64,000 nucleotides of DNA from the NCBI GenBank assembly GCA_951406725.2, contig OX597830.1, forward strand, positions 1,984,001 to 2,048,000. The letters are read 5' to 3'. Below, piece after piece: positions 53,959 to 64,000 of the stretch. Position numbers and translations under genes: made by a program. How positions within the stretch are numbered: the stretch's first letter is position 1; each line of letters starts with the position of its first letter. The stretch is from Octopus vulgaris. Taxonomy: Eukaryota. The notes under the pieces are model-generated. The model worked only from the letters and a program-made list of their open reading frames with translations. It did not search any database and was not told where the DNA came from.

Positions 53959-54547
53959 TTTGCCTAGGGAGTGCTGATAAGAAAGAATGAGATTAATAAT
54001 CCTAAACTTGAAAGGGTTAAAACTCGAATGAGAATTTTTAATTAAGAAGCTGAGAGCCCAATTTAACAACACTAACAACATCAATAATAAAAATAATGAC
54101 GATGCCCTTTTCCGTTAATCATTCATTTATTTTTTGTTCTAATTACTCAAATTAATAAAATCTTTCGAAACTTCCACTGAGCGATTGCAACAAAAAATGT
54201 GAACAAGAATATCGACAACAAAAATATCAACAGTTAACAGTAAATAAATAAAGTGACAGAAAAAGAAACAAAATAAACAAACAATTGAAATAAATAAAAA
54301 AATATTCTGAGAATATAGGAGCGGAGAAAATAAAAAAAAACAATTAAAAAAAAAGAATCACTTTCATTGTGCAATCGATGAATAATTAAATAATTGAAAA
54401 AAATCCTACCGTGTCTTCTACCTTTAAGATGGAAAAAACCCCTAAAAACCTTTCTCAATATTTTAATATAATATAGATTGGATAATATAATATATATAAC
54501 ATATATATATGATAATATAAATAATATAATGTGTATGATATATTTTA

Positions 54548-54920
54548 TCTTTCATCTTTTACTTCTTTAATTATTAGACTGTGGCCATGCTGGGGCATTG
54601 CCTTGGAGAAATTTTAGTCGAATAACTTATTTTTTAAAAAATCTGGTACTTACTTTGTCAGTTCAGTTGCCGAAATTCTAAGTTACGGGGACGTAAACCT
54701 TTCATAGATAGATAGACACACACACAGATATTTTATTTGTTTGTCATTTGGCTGTGGCCATGCTGGAGCACCACCTTTAGTCGGACAAATCGACCCCAGG
54801 ACTTATTCTTTGTAAGCCTAGTACTTATTCTATCGGTCTCTTTTGCCGAACCGATAGCTTACAGGGACATAAACACACCAACATCGGTTGTCAAGTGATG
54901 GTGGGGGACAAACATACACA
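54548..54920 (-). mobile_element. Two tandem SINE family B tail segments
   Basis: GACTGTGGCCATGCTGGGGC..AAGTTACGGGGACGTAAAC (54548-54700) and CTGTGGCCATGCTGGAGCACC..GTTGTCAAGTGATGGTGGGGGAC (54735-54920). Confidence 0.8.
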
Positions 54921-57064
54921 CATATATATATACCCACTTCTATTCCGGTTATTTGATGCTGGTCAATTCCAGATTTTAAAAAAAAAACAGATTTACATAA
55001 CAAAAACTTACTTCCTCGTCTGAGAAATTTGAAAGCGCAAAAAGGAAAGTGACAGTCCCAGTTTTTCTCTCTCCAGAGATCGCGGGAATTTTCATGACAA
55101 TAGCAGAGAAGTTGCACCAGGGCGACATTTTCTCACTAGAAAAAACAATGAAAGGGATAAAAGTGATTGTTATATCTATTTTAATCTACCTCATCCTTGC
55201 CTTAATTTTTGTTTCTGTTTGGCTAATAATTACATTTGTATCTCTGGCTGGCATAAATTGTGTGAGTCTTCTACCCTGCAATCCTAGTCCAGTTTGCCAC
55301 CAATTACAAACAATAGAGTTAAACTTCAGACTAGCTTTATGGGCTCCCGGAGATCACAAATGCCTGGATATGTTTGCGAGCCTCACTTGACCACGTTGTT
55401 TCACATTATGCTACTAATATGCTGCAAAGCTGACTAGAAGCTACAAATCCCTGTTTCCATCAATCGATCTTCCTCTTACTCTTTTTTCTCCTCTCCATGT
55501 ACACCAGCACAATCCAGTGGACAAGCCTGTTGAGAATAAGCAGTTTATTTCTTTCTCGACTCATCATTAGATTAAAATAATAAGTATTGGCTTTTATACC
55601 TTTTGCTTTTTTTCAAACGAGCATTTGTTCTGCTACAGTCAGAGCTCCTCGAACTGCTATTTTATTGGCAAATGGAAATTTCCACCATCTTTTGAAAGGA
55701 GAAAATTGGGATGCGTCACTTTCTTTCGTTCTCTGCAAATTCTTCGGGCAAGGAAGTATTCGCTTTTGTGACCACGCTTTTTCTCTTTTCTCTGGGATTG
55801 ATATGCATCAAGTATCTTTTAGGCTAGCAAAAGGGATTGTTGTTGATGGAACTTTTGTTGTTATATTTTGTGTTTTACCGTGTTTCCCTTTTGTGCTTCG
55901 CAAATTATAAAGTATTTCTGCCCATAACTGTTCATTGAGATACGCTTTCTGTTTTTCTCTTTCATTTGTGTCTTTGTCTGCAAAGAGAAATGCTTAGGTG
56001 CCACCGCGGTCCTTGTGAATGGCACCTCCTACTACCACTACACAGATGGTTGTATCACGCTCCTAATGAACACTGCAAAGTTGTTGCTTGCAAAAATATA
56101 CTTACAGAATAAAATTCGAAAGACAAGCCTTTCTTTTCATTTCAAATAATGGGTGGATGCTCAAATAATCTGAGACACTTTGTTGGTAAAATCGTGTGCA
56201 TCCACGACAAATAACAGAACCGCCACCACTACCACCAACACCATAATCGACAACAACAACAATATTGAAATCAAAGAAAATTCCAGTAGACTGATTTTGA
56301 TGAAAAATTAATAGCTGTCTCTAAATTATAGAACGAGAGATGAATTTCTAAATGGGTAGATTTTTGTTTGGTTGCCAACTGAAATGGTTCTAGCTGTGAA
56401 CCATTTTCTATGTTTACCTTGATGAAAATATATAAATATAATTAATAAAACAGTAAAATTCAAAATGTCATCAGACAGCAGGAGTTAATTTCGTAAAAAT
56501 ACTAAAAAATTAACTTAAGGAAGGTTGTTAAATTTATACTCTGAAGAAAATATTTTAAGATTGAGGCATTGTGTCTCAAAAGATAAAATTACTATCTCTA
56601 AAGAAGAGTTGTGTCTAAATAAACTTCAGATATTTCTTATATTTCTTCTTAACTTGATAAAGTAAAAAAAAAACATTCATTTATTTATTTATTTTGACAT
56701 TTTTGTCTCATTATGTGAGTAAATTAAGCTGTTCGTAATTTATATTGAATAAAAAATATGAAATTTTAGAAAAAAGGAAGTTTAAAAGGAAAAACTAAAA
56801 GACAGGAACATCTACAGAAAATAATGAAAGACAAAAACGTAAAACATCAAATGGAAAAAAAAGGATAAAACGAAGGAATAAATTCATGAAGGAATCGGGA
56901 AAGAAAAAAGAGGGAAAATAAAAAAATTGAGAGAAGAGAAAAAGGAAAATCACTTTAATTGTAACGATTTGGTTTTGAAAGCAAAATCTCGAAGAGGAAC
57001 TCTGGAAAATTATTTAAACCGGTGGGAATGGACTCGGCAGAAAAGAAATAAAAGCCAGTATGGT

Positions 57065-57200
57065 ATAGAATTGGTAGAAGGTTGAGAGTGTCAAATGAAA
57101 TGCCTTCCGGTGTTGATTTCAATACGTCCGGAGTTCAAACTCTGCTGAAGCCAACTTACCATTGCACCAATCCTGAGTCGATGAATAATGTACCCGTTTA
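57065..57200 (+). mobile_element. Highly degenerate SINE family A
   Basis: GAAATGCC..GGAGTTCAAACTCTGCTGA..GAGTCGATGAATAATGTACC. Confidence 0.5.
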
Positions 57201-57911
57201 GAACGGTGGACTGACGGAATGATTAAGGCGGGTCTGTTTCGGCTTTGTGCTTTGGATTCACATTATACTGTGACCTAGTTGTTTGCTAGGCCCGATCCGC
57301 CACCCAGTTTGATATCATCATCAGATCTTGGTGGGATTTAGCAGATTCCACTTTGTGGCAAACATTTGATAAGGTCTCTTTCTCCCTCTTACTAGTCTTG
57401 GAGGGCTTGTAATGGGTCATAAATACTGCTTCCTCGCCTGACTAGCAATGTAGCAGAGAGGAGAGCAATCTAAACTCAATGCTATCAATTGGTCCACTAA
57501 AACTATAAACGAGGATCTCTGTTTGTAATGGTTTCGTTGGGAGAGGAATACATGCGTGACCACTTGCAGAGTTTCTGAGTTTCTGCGAAGAAAGAAGTCA
57601 ACTTTGGTTACTCTTGCAAGACTCGCCGCATTAAAATATTCACAGATCAAATATTTATTCTGAATGCTGTCAACAAATAACCTTAGTATTGCAACGAAGG
57701 ACATATACAATTAGCAAATACAAAATCCCTGCCTGCCTGACAGGGTAGCTGTAATTCAATTAAACTGGACATACAGAAATAAGACATTAGAGAGTCAAGG
57801 TTCGTGGACACACATGAAATAAGGTTAATTTCCTACTTTGGTGGATAACTACACGGTTCCTGTTATCCAAATGAAATATCAAGTTATAGAAGTAGTGGAG
57901 GTGGGAATATA

Positions 57912-59185
57912 TTAGGTTATCAAGAAAGTACTTGCGGAATTTTAAATTTTGGTTTTAAATGATGTATTTTCAAATTAATTTTCGCTAAATTACTTTGATT
58001 TTATATATCATTTTAAAGCCCCGTTTTCCGCTCAATCTAATCATGTTACACTTTTTCTTTTGAAATAACTAGGCCATTTTTACCAGAATGTTGAATACAA
58101 CATGGACAAAAAGCAAATTCGCACAATTTTCTTATTCCAGTTCAAGCTAGGCCGAAAAGCTGCTGAAACAGCTCGCGATATCAACAATACGTTTGTCCCA
58201 AGAACCACTAATGAACGCACAGCACAATGGGGGTTCAAGAAATTTCGTAGCGGAGACGAGAGATTTGAAGATGATGGCCATCGAATGTTGACAACGATCA
58301 ACTAAGAGCCTTAGTCGAAGCCGATACACGCACAAATGTCCGAGAGATTGCTTCTGAATTAGACTTAACGTATACGACAATTTCCAACCACTTGAAAGAG
58401 ATTGGAAAAAGAAAAATACTCGAGAAATGGGTGCCGCACGAATTGAACGACCCCCCCCCAAAAAAAAACCCCGCCGTTTTGAAGTGTCGTCTTCCCTTCT
58501 TTTACGCAACAAGAACGACCCGTTTCTCGACCGGATTGTTACTTGCGATGAAAAGTGGATGCTTTACGAGAAGCGGCGATGCTCAGCTCAGTGGTTAGAC
58601 GCCGACGAAGCTCCATGGCACTTCCCGAAGCCAAAGGTGCAGCAAAAGATGGTCATGGTGACTGTTTGCTGATCTGTGGCCAGTCTCATACATCACAGGT
58701 TTTTTGATCGAGTCGAACCATTTCGGCGGAGAAGTACTGTCAGCAAATGGATGAAATGCGTAAGAAACTCCGACAACGGCCAGCCTTGGTCTATAGAAAA
58801 GGACCAATTCTTCTCCACGACAACGCTTGGCCACTCGTGAAACAACTGACCCCACAGAAGTTGAACGAATTGGGCTACGAAACTCTGACTCATCCGCCAT
58901 ACTCACCAGACCTCTCACCTACTGACTACCACTTTTTCAAGAATCTCGACAACTTCCTGCATGAGAAATACTTCAAAACCTAAGACGATCCCAAACACAC
59001 CTTCAACGACTTCATTGGCACCAGAACGCAGGATTTTTACGCTACTGGCATAAATAAACTTGTTTCGCGTTGGCAGAAGTGTGTTGATTCTGATGGTGTT
59101 TATTTCGATTAATAATTGTTTGAGCCGAGATATGTGCATCTGCATTTAAAGGTTAAAAACTGTAAGAACTTTCTTGACAACCTAT
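57912..59185 (+). mobile_element. Full-length defective mariner DNA transposon, Hsmar1/cecropia-subfamily-like
   Basis: Left TIR TTAGGTTATCAAGAAAGTACTTGCGG preceded by TA; right TIR reverse complement TAGGTTGTCAAGAAAGTTCTTACAG; total length about 1.27 kb. Confidence 0.93.
58102..59112 (+). pseudogene. Mariner DD34D transposase pseudogene
   Basis: MDKKQIRTIFLFQFKLGRKAAETAR, WVPHEL, IVTCDEKW, LLHDNA, HPPYSPDLSPTDY and RWQKCVDSDGVYFD* spread over several frames with stops. Confidence 0.93.
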
Positions 59186-59882
59186 AAAAGTCAGAATATA
59201 AAAGAAGTGGAATGCATTCAGGACGTTGTTCCATCATTAGTAAGATGGAGTTTGTGAAAAATATAACGCTGGCCAACAATTATGCACTTTGGTCTTCACC
59301 CTATATTTTATCTGCCAGAATCTATGTCTGTACAGATTGACGTATGTACACAGATAGACAGACACACATACGCACACACACACACACATACACACACTCA
59401 CACGCACGCACATATATGCATTATGTATGTATATGTGTGTACGTACGTGTGTTGGTGTATATATATATATATATGTCAATGCATATGTGCTTTATATGTT
59501 TTTTCTCTGCGATGTATTTCAGATTTTTCCTTTGAAGCATTCGGGCCTGTCACTAAGTGACGAGGCCCCTTTGTTCAAGTCAAGACGGTTTCTTGCATTT
59601 CGTGCACTTGATGTGTGCAGACATATAACAATGTGTGCGCGCGAATATCTTTGTGTGTTTATGTCTTTGTGTGTTTATGTGCTTTTGCTCGTTTAGGTGG
59701 TGTATGTGTGCATGTCACGCATGCGTGCTTCACACCTCCAAAATGCACCTGCACACATATGTGTCCATGCATGTAAGTGTGAATAGATTTCTATGTAATA
59801 CACACACATTGTATGTTTTCAGGCAAAGAAGTGATTGCAAGTATGGATCTGTAATTTTTTTTTTATATGCACACACACACAC

Positions 59883-59943
<61 letters not shown>

Positions 59944-60696
59944 TGCTTGTGTATCTGCATACGCATGTAAGGGCTTATTTTATGATAAATCTCAATATGT
60001 GCATACACGTGAGCATGTGTATATCTCTGAATTGATGTAAGTACGTACACATGCAGGTACATATGTGTGTGTGTGTGTGCATGTAAGTAGCTATATAAGC
60101 GTGTGTATATGTATGAATGTATGTATGTTTGCATATATGTATGCTTGCGTGTATGCGTGTATGTATGTATGATTGTGGATGTATGCATAAATGTGTGTAT
60201 GTGTGCATGTGCGTATATGTATACTTCAATCGTAGTGATGGGTAAAAACGATGAGATTAGGATGGTGTATCTAGCAAGATAATTAAAACCATGAGAATAA
60301 TGTAGGAAGTACGCACGAATTCCGATACCTGTTTATATACATCAATAGCTTAATATGCATTCAGTTTTAGAACAACAATATATCATATACAAATACTAAA
60401 TCTAAACGAAATTGTCATGCGACATAAAACATTATAGCTGTACGCATATCACAGCACGCTTCCTCACTGTAAGACATTCACTCTCAAGTATTTGCAGGAA
60501 AATACCTGTCTGTGGTTAACTGAATTCATAGTGGCCCAGTATATCACTTGAGTACACACCTGTGTGCTTGGGTATGTGCCGTCGTGTGTAAGTAAGCGTG
60601 CATGTTGACATATATGCACGTATATGATCATATAGCAATACTCACACAAGTATTAGCATACAATGCGTACATACATTAATATATGTGTGTATCTCA

Positions 60697-60747
<51 letters not shown>

Positions 60748-60751
<4 letters not shown>

Positions 60752-61200
60752 CCTGATCACCTTGACCGACCAGTCCGTCGGGCGTCCATTTGACACCGCT
60801 GGTCACAGCACGCTGTCCACTCCTCTCTGGATCGCGCCTTTCTCATCCACGTGATCCCAATCGTCCTCCTGAAATCGTAACTCCACCGTCGTGGAGGTCT
60901 TCCGGGTGGTCTTTTCCGCTCGCGCGGGTACCACTCGACAACTACGTAGGTCCATCGATTATCGGTGAGCCGGGCGACGTGTCTAGCCCATCTGTACTTG
61001 CTGCATGTATACTCTGCGATGACATCTCTCACTCCGGACTTCTTTCTGATGATCTCGCTACTGATGTGCTCTCTCAACGAGATATCAAGCGTTGACCTTT
61101 CCATGGCTCTTTGAGCCGTTACCAGTCCTTGCTCTCCTGTCTTTGTGGTAGCCCATGTTTCACTACCATATGACATTGCAGGCAGAACTGCACTGTTAAT
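60748..61200 (-). mobile_element. RTE-clade LINE 3' fragment
   Basis: SAVLPAMSYGSETW, AQRAMER, KYRWARHVARLTDNRWT, EWYPRERKRPPGRPPRRW; ends in short GGTGATCA-type repeats running into (AT)n. Confidence 0.88.
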
Positions 61201-61269
61201 GAGGTGTGTATATATGTGTGTATGCATATATATATGTGCATCTGCGTGTTTGTTTATATATATAATATG

Positions 61270-61306
<37 letters not shown>

Positions 61307-61921
61307 ACTCAAACATACTCATTGAACAATGAAGTAATCAGGACTGAAAACATTGTAATTTTTTAACATAATGCTCATGCGCACAAACACACACACCTAA
61401 ACGCACACCAACAGACTCACACATATTTATACACATCCACGCATTGTACTGTACAACAGAAAAATTGCTGTAGACATGAAATAAATCTAAACACCGGGTG
61501 ACATCATTAAAATGACAGCAACAGCAAGAACAATCATCAAAAAACATCAACCAAACGACATGAAAGAAATGAATATAATTCTCTTCAAATGGGAAAATAG
61601 AAGAGCACAATACGAATGTATGGGTGTGTGTGTGTGTGTGTAAATATATACATGTACAGATACACACACATACACCCACATAGACCCACATTGTAATATA
61701 AAATCATTAATAGTTTCTAAAATACTTTTCAAAAAGACATCATTATTATTGTTGTTGTTGTAGTTATTGCTTGCTTTGGTGTTGCTGTTATTATTACTGT
61801 TGCTGAAAAATAATTAATGTACTTTAAATTTTAAGTCGTTTTATCCTTGAAATTACATTAAATTCTATATTTATGGAAATAAGTGTAGTGTTTTGATTTT
61901 GATTTATATACAGATATAAAC

Positions 61922-62024
<103 letters not shown>

Positions 62025-62057
62025 TGTTGAGCCAATAAACAGTTTGGCTGCTTGTTT

Positions 62058-62099
<42 letters not shown>

Positions 62100-63008
62100 G
62101 ATTTTTCTCGATTTTTTCAGTCTGTGGGGAAATGGCTAAAATTTGTCCTGCTTATAATTATACCATATGTTACGTATATATTATACCATACCTTGATGCT
62201 GTGTGGACTAAGATCGTCGTTGACAGGCCGCTGGTATTTATGCAATGTTTAACATTTTCGCTATGCAAATTAGAGACTCCGTCATAGAGTGGCTACTGCA
62301 TTTGCTGAATATATAAACAGTTTAGCTATTATATGTGTGTGTAAACCAAGAGTGGAGATAAGATTAATAAAAGTTTATTTATACGCTGGCAAGGCTTACA
62401 ATTGTTTCAATTCATCGCCCCGTTGTGTTGCTGCTGTCCTAGGAGCCGAAATTTTGGTACAGTTCCTGTATCCTTCTGTGTTTGTGTGTTCGTCCACGGC
62501 GTGGCCGTCATGGTTGTTGTTGTTATAGCCATCGTTTTCACCGCCGCTGCTGCTGTCGTTGTTAGTCGTGTTGTTTATACTGTTGTGGCCATCTGTAAAT
62601 ATATTGTGTGTGTGTGTGTGTGTATGGATTTACTTATGTCGTTTGTATCCATGCCTTTTATAGAGATTTCTTATTTCAATTTTTCATCCATCTGTATTTC
62701 TTATATTCATCACGGGTGACAAATTTATTTATTCACTTTTTAATTATTATTTACCACTCTCTGTGTCTCATATGTGTCACAGGTATGTGCATATATGCCT
62801 ATTGTGTGCGTATTATCCTGTTTGTATCTGTTTTATTATTTTTTTCTCTCTTCTCCTGCCTTCTGTTTTTAGTCATGTGGTGGTTGTGGTGGTGGGGTTT
62901 ATTGTTCCATTCGTGTTTTCCATTGAGGCTCGGTCTATCTACTCCTACGTGTGTAGCTTCTGTAAGCTTTCTAAGTGCCGTATCAGTTCTATGCATCAAT
63001 ATTCATAA

Positions 63009-63069
<61 letters not shown>

Positions 63070-63101
63070 TGTGATGGATTCCTTTCATTGATAGTCTAAA
63101 C

Positions 63102-63294
63102 CAGAGGCTTGCAGTCTTTTGACAGTGGTTGCTAACCCTTCTAATTAGATGACTTTTCCCACGGACTCCATTTAATATGCCCATCCTTATGTATATATAT
63201 ACACATATATGAAATTTTGAATTTAGTTTACGGACCGTCATTACTACCTTTGCGAATCAGGAAGGGTCCGCGGACCCCAGGTTGGGAATCACTG
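63102..63294. mobile_element. hAT/Charlie-like MITE
   Basis: Right end GGTTGGGAATCACTG; left CAG(A/T)GG-type starts at 63102 and 63123; 8-bp flanks GTCTAAAC (63094-63101) and CTCTAAAC (63295-63302) fit the Charlie NTCTARAN target pattern. Confidence 0.65.
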
Positions 63295-63417
63295 CTCTAA
63301 ACCAATAGGTAAGCAGCGTAAATGCTATAATTGGTCGTCTGTTAGGTTTCATGGTCAAAGGCGAGGCTGGGACTTAGGGATCCGTAGCTGACTTCCATGT
63401 CAGCTGGTATATATTAA

Positions 63418-63610
63418 AGGAAGGGGAAAATAAAATTAAGGTAGGCCGAGTATCTCAGGTCATTTAGAATATTTAATTAGAGTAAGATGAATCCAAAATT
63501 GAGAAGCAGAACTAATTACATCTATTTCTCTTTTCATTCACCTCACACTAATTAAATATTCTAAATGACAGGAGATACTCGGCCTACCTTAATTTTGTTT
63601 TCCTCTTCCT
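63418..63610. mobile_element. Palindromic MITE with ~73-bp terminal inverted repeats (Kolobok-like ends)
   Basis: AGGAAGGGGAAAATAAAATTAAGGTAGGCCGAGTATCTC..TCATTTAGAATATTTAATTAG is mirrored at 63537-63610; flanks are TTAA (63414-63417) and TTCA (63611-63614). Confidence 0.8.
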
Positions 63611-63615
63611 TTCAA

Positions 63616-63716
<101 letters not shown>

Positions 63717-63763
63717 TATATATATATATATATATAATATATTATATATATATATATATATAT

Positions 63764-63929
63764 AGGCGTAGGAGTGGCTGTGTGGTAAGTAGCTTGCTAA
63801 CCAACCACATGGTTCCGGGTTCAGTCCCACTGAGTGACATCTTGGGCAAGTGTCTTCTACTATAATCCCGGGACGACCAATTCCTTGTGAGTGGATTTGG
63901 TAGACGAAAACTGAAAGAAGCCTGTCGTA

Positions 63930-63930
<1 letters not shown>
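63764..63930 (+). mobile_element. SINE family B head, probably continuing past the window edge
   Basis: GGCGTAGGAGTGGCTGTGTGGTAAG (A box), GGTTCCGGGTTCAGTCCC (B box), CTTGGGCAAGTGTCTTCTAC (CORE-like). Confidence 0.88.
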
Positions 63931-63997
<67 letters not shown>

Positions 63998-64000
63998 TGT

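Noticed and set aside
52936-54084. Long poly-Ile ORFs (382 aa, 290 aa) and the many YIYI, VCVC and THTH ORFs across the window
   Set aside because: They are translations of microsatellites that lack stop codons in some frames; no protein signal.
55410-55990. Possible minus-strand exon after TTTCTCTTTGCAG
   Set aside because: In-frame stops, no recognisable product and no partner exon found.
58102-59112. Domesticated SETMAR-like gene
   Set aside because: Multiple frameshifts and stops, both TIRs present, and no SET-domain exon in the window.
63764-63835. tRNA genes at SINE heads (here, 12450-12522 and 30758-30850)
   Set aside because: A-box and B-box-like motifs are present but no full cloverleaf, and they continue into SINE bodies.

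Overview
AT-rich, repeat-dominated eukaryotic DNA with no host protein-coding exon, rRNA, tRNA or CRISPR array that I can support. The dense (AT)n/(AC)n/(AAT)n microsatellites and the SINE types suggest an octopod cephalopod; this is an inference from memory of those repeats. The main content is R4/Dong-clade non-LTR retrotransposons (RT, CCHC zinc knuckle, restriction-like endonuclease) inserted in (AAT)n tracts: six 5'-truncated or disrupted copies from about five families. Five copies form head-to-tail chains at 6.0-17.5 kb that point outward from a near-perfect 525-bp palindrome (12561-13085). The sixth (51.8-53.0 kb) interrupts one arm of a foldback-duplicated microsatellite. Also present: a full-length dead Hsmar1-like mariner, two RTE 3' fragments, a Penelope GIY-YIG remnant, hammerhead-like motifs, several tRNA-derived SINE families, small MITEs and many microsatellites. 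Most short ORFs in the supplied track are microsatellite artefacts. All alignments and folds were done by eye.
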